A stretch of DNA of 60,569 nucleotides, filler included, from Sphacelaria rigidula (taxonomy: Eukaryota): NCBI GenBank assembly GCA_964200075.2. It is 4 parts of 4 records of this genome, joined end to end, with 100 filler letters (N's around TTAATTAATTAA, not from the genome) between each part and the next. Parts side by side here need not be neighbours in the genome. Positions count along the whole stretch, not along the records: positions 15,169 to 30,236 come from CAXNAA020001921.1; positions 30,337 to 45,403 come from CAXNAA020001922.1; 2 more parts are not named here. One strand, written 5' to 3'. The translations under genes and the position numbers were made by a program. Shown here one piece after another: positions 25,078 through 38,100 of the stretch; within the stretch, counting starts at the first letter, position 1; each line of letters begins with the position of its first letter. The notes under the pieces were generated by a model. That model was not told the origin of the DNA. It saw only the letters and a program-made list of their open reading frames with translations, and did not search any database.

Positions 25078-27428
25078 GGTGACGGAATGTCTTGTAGGTC
25101 GCGAGCGGGGGAGGGCATGCGTGTTTGGTGTCAGAAGGGGCACTTGATCTTGGTTTGAAATGTAGTGTAGCTATCAATACCGCGTTTTAGCTGCTGATGT
25201 GATCGGTGGTGTAGTTATTATATCCATGTTTTCGGTCCTTTGAAACTGCACGATCCTTGGTACTTCGTCAACTGCGGCTACACCAAAAGCTTGGCGGCGA
25301 CTACATCAGGAGCTCTTCGCCATTTTATCCGTGCCGTCTCTGAGTGTCTTCTTTCATGAACTCTTGTGTATGATGTTACGCGGTTCTGGGGCAATGCTGT
25401 CGACACGCCCTCGAAACGACATTCCCGCAGCCCATTCTTCGTGCACCGTGAGTGAATGCACATCTGGACGCGCTGGTGCACCTTTACATCATTGGCAGGT
25501 GGGAGGCTGCTGCACTTCCAAACCAACATCGATATGTACTGAGACACCCACTGGAAAATGACGATATGTACAAACTCGTTTACATGCCGCCTGCAGGGGT
25601 GCTCAGTTCGGGAGGCACCACCGTCCGCGCTCTCGGCGCTACAACGCGCTAAAACTTCGGCCACGTGTCGTGTGAATTGTGCACCATCAGTAACCCCATA
25701 TCACTGAATCTCGGGTTGCTCGTTGAGGCACTGCGCGACGGGGTGGGAAGAGGTCAGATTTGGTTCCGAAAAACTGGGGGGGGGGGGGGGGGGGGGGGGG
25801 GAAATTTCGCTCGGGGAAAGACTCCACTAGTTTTTTTTTTGGAAGCGTTAGGTGAAGTTCCTCGGGAAATGNNNNNNNNNNGGCGGGGGGGGGGGAGGGG
25901 GCAAAGGGGAGAAGAGGAGGAGGGGAGAGGGGGGGGGAGGGGGGGGGGGGGAGGGGAAGGAGGAAAGGGGGTATCTTATCTCGGCGCAAGACTACACTGA
26001 TGTCTTATCTGACAGCGTTAAGTGAAGATCCTCAGTCAATGAGGTCATATTACCACTTGGGAAAATGACTCTTCAAATACTTTTCGTTCGGGAATTAATG
26101 AGGTTTATGATGGCGAACATTTGGACACTTCGGGTTCTCGACATTAATGAAAAGCTCCATCCTCAATTTCGACGATCCGCTGTTTCTAGCGCACTGAATA
26201 GGTGCAAACTCAAATGTATATACATTTATTTAGATATTTTTACGGAACGATCGGGATTGCTAAGATCGAGCAAAAACACTCAAGGGTCACAACCTGGGGC
26301 TGGGTAGTCGCGAGACTCCCCCAGGACCCGCCAGCCTGAACGTCGCTCAATATCAGATGATTTTTGTTTCGAGGCGTGGAGCGGGTGCCTAGTATCTCCC
26401 GATCCCCAAACTTTGGGATCACACATTCACTCGGTGAGCTATGGCACGCGAAAAAAATACTGAAAATCGCCGACTAGAGAACCTACAAACTCTCCTGGTT
26501 CAGCTGGAAATTACGATAGTGAAAAAACGAGAGTGTTTCTTCGGTTTCTGCGTATTCGACAGCCTGTAGCGATGGATTGAAATGCGTCGCAACGCGTTTA
26601 TTTTGCAACGCATTGAGAAAGCTTGAGTCATTGTGTTGCTTATTCGTTCATGTACCGTATCGTAGGAACAACAGGAGATAAAGAAGAAAGTTTACGCTGC
26701 CATCATGTTTTGTTCTCGTTTTTTTCACTCGCACACGTTTGATGCATTTCGTCATGTACAGGGTTGAAGCGGGAGGTCGTGCTCAGACACGCAGAAACGG
26801 AAAACAGTGTACGTGCGTGCGCACCCATGTTGTCGGTATAATGGTTAGGGGATCAGGAATCGGACGTAGCATGGTCGGCACAGGGACAGCGAGTACACCA
26901 CGTAGGTATGTCGAACACTGTGACCACGAGAGGTTCTACGCCGCTCATAGGCGATATTCTTAGATAGCCCAAGTTCGCCAGGAAACGTCCCAGCTGACAA
27001 AGATTGAGGCGGTTTATGTGTTCCCGACGGACAGTTACCTCCCTTCATGTTTCCGTTACGTCCAACAGTTCCCCTCCCGTAACACGACATCGGCCATACG
27101 TCCTGACCTTACGGATATCCAGTGCATTCAGGGGCGTGGGGCGTTTGTGTTGGCAAGGCACCGAGGGTGCGCTCCACGCTTGCGAGAGTGGTTACTTCCT
27201 TCGCCACCCATCTACGGTAGTCTCCCCCCGTGTTTTTTTAGCAGGGCAAGGTGAACTTCACCGTTGACGCACTAGGGCCCGCCGACCACAGCATGCATAC
27301 CAATGAAAAGACTGATCATGGTGGCAACGCAGTAGAAGTACAGAACGCTAGAGAGGAGGTAGCTGGCGAGCCGTAACCCACTTCTCTGCGCTCAATATGA
27401 TGCTTCTTTTCCTTGCTCCGGGTTGCAG

Positions 27429-27746
27429 ATCGAGAAAGAGGAGAGGAACCTCCACGGTGTCGAGTATTGGCAGGCTCACGGCCAAGAACACTCACCCTAT
27501 ATTCGGCCCCTGACGCAGGCGGTGTTCGGTGCACCTTCCTCCGCGGGGATAATGGAGCATGACTTCCGCGTCGCGGATATGCTCCAGCCCCGCAAACGCG
27601 ATGGCGTCGACCCCGCCAATCTTCAAGCGGCCTTGCATCTGCGAGACCAGTTGAATAACATACCTATTGACATCCCACAGCTCACTGAGGAGCAGGCAGC
27701 AAAGGCCGTGCCACGTCGGTTCACGGACGGAAAAATGCTGGAATAA
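27429..27746 (+). pseudogene. hAT transposase C-terminal dimerisation-domain relic
   Basis: VEYWQAHGQEHSPYIRPLTQAVFGAPSSAGIMEHDFRVADMLQPRKRDGVDPANLQAALHLR resembles the hATC pattern (YW...P.L..L...L..P.SS...ER.FS......KR..L). It is preceded by a pyrimidine-rich TTGCAG acceptor. Confidence 0.65.
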
Positions 27747-27936
27747 CTTGAGGTGTTGAACTTCTCCCTCGAGCCAGAGAGTGACATAGGCCTGACTTCA
27801 ACTGGCCTTGCAGATACAAGGCCCCTTGTAGGTTGGCGGAGTCGACGCAACCGCATTAGCTTGTTGGAATTTGTCTAGCCCTCACGTGCAGTGTGTGGGT
27901 CCCCAATATCGTTTTGGATGAAAAACCAGGGTTGCC

Positions 27937-28232
27937 GCACCCTGGTGGTCCAATGATCTTGCCACCAATAGGGTGAAGAGAACGAGGGTTCAAATCCTGG
28001 TGCGTTGGGCTTGTTCGAAATATCTGATTTCCACCGTCGATAGCGTTAGTACGCGAGAGAACAAGAAGTAATTGGCTGAGTTTGTTTCCCGGAAGTTGAC
28101 GCGGTGCGGGAGTGCTGACCCAATCCGCGAGATCAACATGCAAGGCGTGTATCGGGAAAAGATGGGTTGATCCTTCGAAATCAAGGACTCGCCCCGAGGA
28201 AGGGGAGGGGTTCAAAGTGCGACAAGAAAAAA
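27937..28232 (+). mobile_element. tRNA-derived SINE copy
   Basis: B-box GGTTCAAATCC, with the same body and GTTCAAAGTGCGACAAGAAAAAAA end as 21658-21966. Confidence 0.8.
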
Positions 28233-28363
28233 ACGTGTCCTCGAGATACAACACAAAGTGGCATATACTGTAGTAGAGTGATGCCATCCTGGTGGCGTAG
28301 AATTTTCTATCTACAGGTTGCAAGGAGTGGTGCTGCTGCAGCAAGTGTGTCTTCAATGATGGA

Positions 28364-29069
28364 ACACACTGGATATCGATGAAGTCCCATAGCACTAGTC
28401 GGCTCGTTGTCCCTCTCAATGGCGATCGACAAAAAATATATTTCAAAGTATCAATATGTTGGTGCTTCGCAAATGCCACCAGTCGCCACAACTCGACATC
28501 TATCCCGATCCGCAACGGTCATCGATAGACACTTATCGCCCTCTACTGTCATGTCATGGCCACAGACTATCGTCTCTGACTCCTCGGATATTTTGTCTAC
28601 CGCAGTGTATTTTGACGGAAATCCTCGACATTAATTAGAATGTACCATACATATCGATAGCATTTTACTAAAATCCATTGTCACCAGCCAAGTATATCGG
28701 TGGAATATTTCAAAATCGGCTACCACTGATCATGCATATCGATATAATTTTCAAAATCTATTGCAAAGAACTACGTATATTGACAGAAAAATTGCGTTAT
28801 CCATTTGCATCGACAGTATGCATCGATGAAATGGACCAAAATCTTTCGCTACCGACAAGTGCATATCGACAAAATATTTCACGCTCGACAGTATCGTCAC
28901 TTGAAAATGCATATCGATCAAAACATCGCCAAGTGTTTTGTAGCCAGAAGTGGGTACCGATAGGGGCATTTTAAATACATCATCAATGACAACGGATATC
29001 GATTCGAGCACCACCTGTGATCTATTGTTGCAGCAAAATATCATTGTCATGTCTGTTGTCCAGGGTGTG
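28364..29069. repeat. ATCGAT/ATCGAC-rich non-autonomous element
   Basis: Dense ATCGAT and ATCGAC motifs, with ends ACACACTGG...CCAGGGTGT. Related sequence occurs at 45504-45755 and 46050-46550. Confidence 0.5.
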
Positions 29070-30236
29070 GAAAATCCTGAAAATACAGTGTCATTTTCTA
29101 TAAAAAAGGAGAACACAAACACCGCTGTGAACTAACTCCGATCAAGATATTTCATCCGTCTACCGTATTGAACGTGCATGAGGAAGTTCAGCGTATACTT
29201 GAAGTAGATCGTCCATTCCATTTGCTATCAAGATCGTTTATTTTTGCAGTCACGAATCTTGATCTGTACGTAAATCGGGGGACCTCAGATCGAGCAACGC
29301 CTACTTTGGCCCCCAAGATGGCCTAATTGTTTCGGAGAGAGAAAAAAAACAGAACTCTGGGATAAGCGAGAAACGGATGGTGTTCATGCTCAAACCCCAG
29401 GATTGCTTTAAATTTTTTTTCGCCACGTAGGTGTGGACGGTGGCCATCTTTTCAGGGTTTGGTATTCTCTGCTCCGAACGCTACGTGGTCGGTGTCATGA
29501 GTTGAAGACGTAAAAGTCGCACCGTGCTGTTCTGCATTTGTACTATGCGCCCACCAATGCGGTGCTACCCGTACAGCGCGGAAGAGCATGTACAGAGCCG
29601 TGCTACAATAGATTTCGTGTTTGATTCCAGGAAGAAAGGACTCATAGATAGGTGGTTCGGATAACCTGACACACTCGCCGTGTGCTTGTATTTGGGTAAA
29701 GCGGTGCCAAGCAGTATGAATGAGCATTCTTTATAGGTAGCATCCGCGTTCGGATAATCGTTGCTTCTTACAACAATGATTCGAAATTCAATTTCGTGGA
29801 AGCAATGGCCCCAAATACTCCCCGTCCTATCCTAGCATGACTTTTATATTTGTTTGTGCCGTCCCCGAACCGTTGAATACGCGACAGCAGTATCGTCAAC
29901 ACAGCCTCCGGGTGCGAACCCGGCACAGTACACAGCGGTTGGCACACAGGCAGTGCACCTCGGCGCCCGCTAGCGATTCACAAGTCCTGCACCTGCCGGT
30001 GTGTGGTACAGCACTAGCACAAGTTGTGACAGTTGAGAGTTGTACTGTTGCACCGTGTGCAGACAGCTCTGTATCCTGTGTCTGTAGTAAGCGTTCTGTT
30101 ATGTTGTACTGTCTGTAGTACAAGTGTGCACATGCCTGTGTGTGTGCGTGTGCATATCTTGAGGAAGTACCGTACTTGTGCGAGTCATCGCACAACCCCT
30201 GGACCGAATTTCAAAGCTCGATTACTCCACAACAAG

Positions 30237-30336
30237 NNNNNNNNNNNNNNNNNNNNNNNNNNNNNNNNNNNNNNNNNNNNTTAATTAATTAANNNNNNNN
30301 NNNNNNNNNNNNNNNNNNNNNNNNNNNNNNNNNNNN
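30237..30336. other. Artificial scaffold spacer N44-TTAATTAATTAA-N44
   Basis: Same 100-bp structure as 15069-15168. Confidence 0.97.
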
Positions 30337-32145
30337 TTTTTTTTTTTTTTTTCCTTGTTGTTTTTCCCGTTGACGACTTTTGTGTTTCTGTTCGGGCGGT
30401 TTTCCGGGGGGGGGGGACTTATTATCTTGCAAGGGTCGGACTTTAATTAATTATTCGTCTGGAATTGCCTTGGTTTTAGTGTCATTCATTTGTACCGTAG
30501 GAATCAATCCTTAGGCTTTGTTTTCGGCGTTGCAACCCAGGTACGCGCAGCCCAGTCACGTGGAATGGCGCATAAATTCCGTAGAGAACGTTTAGACCAG
30601 TGGTCAACTTTTTCCCCCTCTTTCGAGCAATCAGGCCTGAAAAATCGCGGATTTGGTCATTCGAACTGGCGATGATTCGTCCGGACCGTGTTATCTTGCA
30701 TACCGTAGTTATGAGACCATTGAGCCCGTATCCCTTTCCACAAAGCCAGGACGGAGCATGCCGGGCTTCGCCGGAACAGGCTCGAAATAATCAAGCTCGA
30801 ATCGCCGTCACGTCCGTCAAGTCGCACGGGGGGTGAACTATATCCTCCAAAAATTACCCGGCTCGAAACCTACTCACTATCTTGCACAAAAGTGATGGCC
30901 TTGAATGAGTTTCTTTTTTTTCTGGTACCGTCACTTTCAAAGACAGCCACGGTTTACACTGGCTCGTTAGTTTCTCGCTATCAAAATACTATGTAGTGTG
31001 ATCATCCCCTTTGCGCGGAATGAAGGTTCTCCCACCCGGCACATTATGGTCCGGCTCGACTACCATCATGGTTTCCGCAAAAATAAAGCGTGTGCGAGAA
31101 AAAAGTACGGTAACCTGGTTGCCTAGCCTACGGAATGAGTGGCGTATTTCGCAGCGTCGTTGCCATCCGACGCCAGCCCTTGAAGTGAGGGGCGGGAGAG
31201 GTTTTTGATGGCGCGAAGCCAAGGGATATGTGTGCTTGTACTGTGTCTGGGTGAAGATGTCGTCAAGCGATGCAATGGCGTTCTTACATCCGATGACATC
31301 AAGACCATTTCGTTGAAGTTTTCTGCTTTTAGCGACGCTTAAAAGTGGCTTTGTCGTGCGAAAGGGGGCTCGAGACGCCTCTCCGTGAGTGTTCCTCCTT
31401 CCTCCATATCTTGGGGGTGACTCGGGCGAGATGCCTACGGTCGAACGGACGCGCCCCTTTTGGTTTGAGTGAGGTAGTCAAGGGCGACCCCGCCAGTACA
31501 TGAAACATCAATACTAGCAGGCAATGAGCAAGTAGGCGTGTTATGGGTCACACTTGGTGTCCTCCGTGGAGAACACTTAGAGTTTTGAACGAAGTCGTTG
31601 CGTGTTCAGCTGCCCAACGTCAAGGGTTGACGGATTGATTTGTACTTTGCCGAACGCCGTTGGATCAAGAAGTTATGTAATAAGGTATGGTTATTTCCGC
31701 GATAACGTTATGTCTTTGTCAAATGCTTGCACAGGCTTGTGGTTTATTGAGCGCACAGTACGTTGCACACACAGTTCAACACTCGTGCGTATATAGCACT
31801 ATGTGACCAAAACATGGTTTCCAGAATATCTACAAGGAAAATAGTAAAGAAAAGGACGGAAGAGCTTCCGCATAATCTTCAAACGGACGATTCGTTGCAC
31901 CTTGTCTCTTTCTCAGCGACATCTGGACAACCAGACGAGAACGAAGAGCTTGTTAAAATCAGCTCGAACACTTTGATGCTATTTTGTGTGGTGCGAAAGA
32001 CGGGCAAGAACAGATTCTGATGAATGTTACGGGAACGTTTCCGTGTTTTTTCGTGGCGCATAAATAGACAAGACCAACATACATATTCTGATGATTTTCA
32101 CCGACACTTTTTTCGTTTTTGTCGTTTCCGTGGTGCAACATGCAG

Positions 32146-35100
32146 ACTAGAACGAAGAGCTTGAGTTTAGATGATGGCGGGGGAGCTGGGGGGGGAGACG
32201 CCGCTAGCAAGACTCGGAGGCAGCGAGAAAATGTCATTAGACAGCGAGAAAGAGACTACTGGAATACCCTGGGAGGCGTAATTTCTGACGAAAACTGGCA
32301 GGCGAGAATGTTTTCCATGTAGTTTGGTTCTTCTTTACATTTCCCCCATTAACATGGAACCTGAGAAAATAATAGGACATCATTCATTTAGCCACCGTCT
32401 GAACCTACAGTAGAGATTCACAACGTGTTCAGATGTCACAACAATCGCTGAACCGCCGAGCGGGCGCTGACTGAATGGCTCACTGTTTTATCTGGAAACC
32501 TTGACAGGATGAACTACCACGTATTTGGATCAACCTCCACGTGAATATCTGTCTATTCGCCCGATGTTGCTCGATTGCCGCACAAATAACGCTCTTTTCT
32601 AGTTCGTTATCGTTGTAAGATACCTGTAGTTTGTATTCAGGTACCAAGCCATCTTTATGTGTACAGTATACTACACTAGGATCATCTTGTTCCTACATGG
32701 TGTGGAGAGCACGTACACGTTCCCGACTTCCCTGGGGTTCTGCGAAAAAATAACCTCAGTCCCCTGAACATCTTCCGCGGAGAGTTTTCCCCTGGCGTAA
32801 AGGAGCTTGCTGGCTGATCCGGTGCCCACGATTGACCGCATCCTCTGTCCAATGCAGCATATCTCTGTGTGCTGCACACAAGTACGGCACATCCACGAGG
32901 TCACACCCGACAACCAGGGAACAAAAACAGCCTTCACAGCGGCCAGTCTTGGGAGTGTAGCGTTGCCAATGCGCTTTTCTGCCGTAGTGCAGATGGATTG
33001 ACGCATCGAAAGAGTATGGTCCCACACAGAGAAACTCTCTTTCTTCTAAGAGTTTTTGGTGCTTTGCATGGAGTGTGGTGGTGGTGGAGCGATGGGGTGG
33101 TGAGAAATGTCCTAGGGAGAATGGCAGGCGCCCCATGCGCGTCGAGCAGGAGAAAAGGGATTTCGGCGGGGGGGGAGAGGAGGGGAGTTGTTTTGAATTG
33201 ATTTATCTATCTGATTGTCGCACGTTAACTGATCCACAACGAATACTGCCATAGTCACGAGATAGACGTACGGAAGGAAAATAAACGGATTCACCTGCCG
33301 AAGGGAACTCTAGAAGAGGGTGAAGTGAAAAAGATAGGATCAACCGGAGTTTACGTGGAAAAGCATAGCTCACAAACGAAATTTCAAAAAAAGCTGGTGG
33401 GTGTAGTAGTCATCCTCCAAGGTCACACGGATCGGCGTGAGCGAACAAATAGGGCAAACTCCTTACGTGAGAGACAAGGTGTCGAGCTTCCACCCTGTGT
33501 GTTGGCGTTGTGGTGACCGAGTGGGGGGTGAAGTAGATAGTCCACCCGCGACCTACCGACTATTTGATAGCTCCGTGCACATTGGGTTCTCGATCGAGGG
33601 GAAATTGGATTATCTTCTTGTATTAACCATTCCTGTATTCTTGACTCACCAATCACACATACACCATAGAATGCATGCTCCTCCCTAACTGCTTATGCAA
33701 ACATCCACTTCAATATAGAACAAGCAAGCAAGTAACATATTGAGGATGTCTCGTGATATATGCGGTACACATGTCATGCTACAACCCCGCGTTCCTGATT
33801 GATCCACTTCCGTACCGTGCCCTAAATCCGTTCCGCATTCGATCTTCCCGAGATTGTATGCGAACTAGCACAAGTACACATGAACAAGGATCCAGCGCGG
33901 GAATATCCAAGTAACCCCTCTGGCTGGAGCTGATCCTTGTCGCTTATCATTACGCGGAGAAACTCACGACCCCTTACTCACGCCGAAGTCAAATGAGGCT
34001 CAGAGCACAGTTACGGTGAAACTCAAGAGACTCGGCAACGTAAAAGGCCATATTGGTTGATTGAATGATTTATTGAGTGCCGCACTTGAACTGACTCCCC
34101 AGGGATCATGATCCAGCCGTGGTCACATGATAGACGTACCCAAGAAAAAACTAAACCAAAACACTCGCTGAAGAAAAAGAAGAGACAGAAGGACCAGAAA
34201 AAGTCGGACAGAAGGACATAGTAGACTAAGACGTAAAAAAAAAAATGAATAAAATATCAACAAGAGCAGAGCACAGAAGGAAATGGCCGATCTAAAAAAC
34301 GAGTAAAAGAAAAAATAAGAAGAGAGTAAATCAATATATATATATATGTGTGTATACATACGTTTCTGTCTAGAAAATAGTACCTCCTACCTTATATGGT
34401 CCCCTAATGTAATTTTCCATCCGCGGGAGTATACTCCATGTAGATATCAAGCCATGTATCTTGCGTAATCCAATACCAACGTATATTCCAAAACGTAAGG
34501 TCAATAAGTCAAATCGACCATAAACAATCCGCTGTGTGCCGTGACCGATCAAAGGGGTCGCGTTACCCAATCCTCTGACCCCCTCACTCTTTTCGTGACC
34601 AGAGTACTTTGTTGGAAATATTTGCATTCACGCGGAAACTAAACTCAGACGAAGAAAAAGTTCAAACTGCGTCGGTATCTCGGTGAGATTAGAATACGAG
34701 GTGAATACGATCGAATTCGAACTGAACTACGGTAGCACATGTTTGAAAAGGTCCACACAGTGCTGTAGTATGATACAATCCGAAAGTGTCGGACCGAGGT
34801 CCCCACGTGAAATCAAAATCACAAGCCTGAAAGTTCAAGCGTTGTTGACTCGCGCCAGTTTGTACGTAAAATGATCCCCAGCGAATCCTAAAATGCCTAG
34901 CGAAGCACGCCGATCATGCACTATTGCAAGTCTGACATATCAACGAAATCACTGCAGCCAGGCAGTGGTCGCATGAATACACTCTTTTCAAAACTGATGG
35001 GTCGAAAGCCTTATTCATGAACTATATGACGCAAAGCAAGAACCTACTGACAAGCTGGAGCTGTCAACAAAAGAACACTCGAAATGGCCACAATCGGAGC

Positions 35101-38100
35101 ATATTATTTTCCAAAATCTATCTCCGGCCTCTGCATTTTTCCTCTGGACGAAAGCGTCGACTCCATCTCCGCGCTCCATTCGAATTCATCTGCTTCCCCG
35201 TATTCCCATACCATTCTAGTGCCCCCCCGCTTCCTTGGCTCCCCATACTCGATCGCGTCGGAATACCTCCGCGCCCTCCAGCTTCATTTGACCGGCACCG
35301 ACGACGCCATACGCAAAAAGGTGTTGTCGACATAGTCGGCGGCGGCGGCAGGAGCAGCGACGGCTGTGCTGCCGGCGGTGTTGTTGGCAAAGTCGGCGTG
35401 AGTCCGCGCCTCCCTGCGCTATTCGCCCGGCGCCGATGACGCCACACGTGGGACGGTATTGTTGACAGAGTTGGCGGCAGCGGCAGCGGTTGCTGTTGTG
35501 CTGGCGATTTTGCTGGCAGAGTCGGCGGCAATGGTATCGATCGCGGAAACGTCAGAGGTGATTGATAACGGTGTCGGCGTCGCCGGCGGCTCGAGTGTCA
35601 TCCTTTGCATTGTGGGCAGCGGCGACGCTGTCAGGGATGGTATCGATGAGATCGACCTCAACAGTAGTAGCCACGGTGTCGTCGACGACTGTACCGGTAA
35701 AGTCGACAGAGCATGATGCAGCGGCAGCGGCTGTGATGTTGTTGGTGCGGTAGGTGGTAGCGGCGGCGGCGGCCGTGGTGTTGGCGACGGTAGCGATGAA
35801 GTTGGCAGAGCATGAGACAGCGGCAGCGGCGATGATGTTGTCGGCGCGGTAGATGGCAGTGGCGGCGGCTGCCGTGTTGTCGGCGACGGTAGCGATGAAG
35901 TCGGTAGCATCGGGGTTGTCGGCGGTGGCTGAGATGATGTCGGCAACGGTAGCGATGAAGTCGGCAGCAGTTGCATCGCACTCGGGATCGTCGGCGGTGG
36001 TCGTGGTGGTGTCGGCGACGGTTGCCATGAATTCGGCAGCATTTGCATCGCACTCGGGGTTGTCGGCGGTAGTCGCGGTGATGTCGGCGACGGTAGCGAT
36101 AAAGTCGGTAGCAGTTGCATCGGACTCGGGGTTGTCGGCGGTGGTTGCGGTGATGTTGGCGATGCTACCGATGAAGTTGATGATAGCTACAGCGGCTGCG
36201 GAGGCTCGGGTATCATCACATCATGTGTTGGCAGCGGCGGCGGCGTTATCGGTGAGGTCGACGGTAGCGGCGGCGTCGGTTGCAGCTCGGAATTTACCGC
36301 GTGATTCAGCGGCTGCGGGGATGCACGCGGGTCGGCGACGGTACTAAGTTCATTACCTCCCCTCGCCGACGAGCGGCATCGTCGCCGGTGCAGGAGCTGT
36401 ACACGCAGAACAGTTCGCACAAAATGTACACCGCTTGCCGAGGAAGCGGACTGGATACAAAGACTTGAGGGAGCAGGCATAACGGTTGTAGGGGAAGCGA
36501 GCTGGACACAGACGTGGAGGGAGGGAGATACAACGCCTCCGGGGGAGATATGGTGTGAACCAACACTGGGGGAACATTACAAAACATCTCTTTCTGACGC
36601 TGAGGCTGTGTCGACACTCGGGAGCTCCACAGCGGGAGAAAAATCAACTTCGTTTGTAGGGGAGCGAGACCCTGCAGGCGCCGGACAAAAATCACCCGTG
36701 CTGGTAGAGGATCGAGACTCTATAGCAGTAGTAGAAAACCCATTCCCGCTACTTGACGTGGGGGTGTCTGGCGAAGAACGAAGCTCAACAGATGTAAACG
36801 AATCAACTCCGCTACTGAGGGAAAGATGTTTCACAGTGGAAGAAAAATCAATTCTGGGTGTACGGGAACGAGAGTCTGAAGTAGTAGTAGAAAACTCATT
36901 GCCGCTACTCGATGTGGGCGTGTCGGGCGGAGGACGAAGCTCTACAGATGTAAACGAATCAACTCCGCTACTGGAGGAAGAATGCTCCACGGTGGAAGAA
37001 AATCTATTCTGCTTGTAGGGGATCAAGACTCTACATTAGTAGTAGAAAAATCAGTGCCGCTAGTCGATGAGGGGGCGTCGGGCAAAGGATGAAGCTCTAC
37101 AGATGTAGACAAATTAACCCCGGTTCCGGGGAAGGATCCTCCACAGTGCAAGAAAAATCAACTTCGCTTCAAAGGGAACGAGACTCTACGGGAGCAGGGG
37201 AAAAATCAGTTCCGCCACTCGATGTGGAGGTGTCAGGCGAAGGACGAAGCTCTACAGATTCAGACGAATCGTTTTCGCCATGGGGCGATGAAGGGGTTGT
37301 GACTGTAGGCGCCACAATACGGTCATGTGTTGGGGGAAGACGCGTGGCCAATGGCGATGAAGATCACGAGTTACGGTCAAAACGTAATCTGCCGTTGACT
37401 AAATGTACCCCAGTCGGATATGGGATGGCATCGTGTTTCTTCTGCACGTAGTGAAGGGAGAAAAACATTTAACTTGACACCTTCTACCGAGTATACATCG
37501 GTCAACTGGACACAAAAATCTGTGGGGGGAGCACGAAAATGTAGAGGAGATCGTATGTGGAATCTTGAAGTCAGACTACATACTGCCTTCACCGGAAATA
37601 TAGTTCTGTCGTCTATGAGTGCGTTCTAGATGCCTTGAGGAGTGGATCATAAATCAAAGGCGCCATCAATATTCCCTGTGATATGGCGTGAAGCACCCGT
37701 ATCAGCGATCCATCCCTCCGCACCATCACCCCCTCTCGATACAGTCCCACCATGTAACAAGGCATATCCACGTGAAGCAATATTACCAAGCCGAGAACGA
37801 GACTCGCCTTCCAGTATAGAACGCGCCACGCACAGCTTTCGATGCTCCGACTGGTGTGACGCGTCGACAGGACGTGCGGAAGTGGTAGATAAGGCTGCGG
37901 CTTAATGGCGTTGCTGTTGTGGGTCCTAGTATTGGTGAGCTGGAGGTTGTTGTAGGGTACGATGGAAGTTGTGTGTCGTGGATGACGTTGTGGATGATCG
38001 GGTTGGTGTGGGGGTTGCAGTGGCTGATGTCGTGTCGAGAGCGGATGCTGTACCTAACGGGAGTACCCAGTGCCATCAAAAGCATTGACGTCACTGTAGG

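Noticed and set aside
31120..31200. HFKGWRRMAT on the minus strand, resembling an IS5/Harbinger transposase C-terminus
   Set aside because: The match is too short, is surrounded by stops, and has no DDE motifs nearby.
36620..37280. Regularly spaced repeats as a CRISPR-like array
   Set aside because: Whole 155-156-bp units are homologous, with no unique spacers and no cas genes, and the context is a eukaryotic retroelement.
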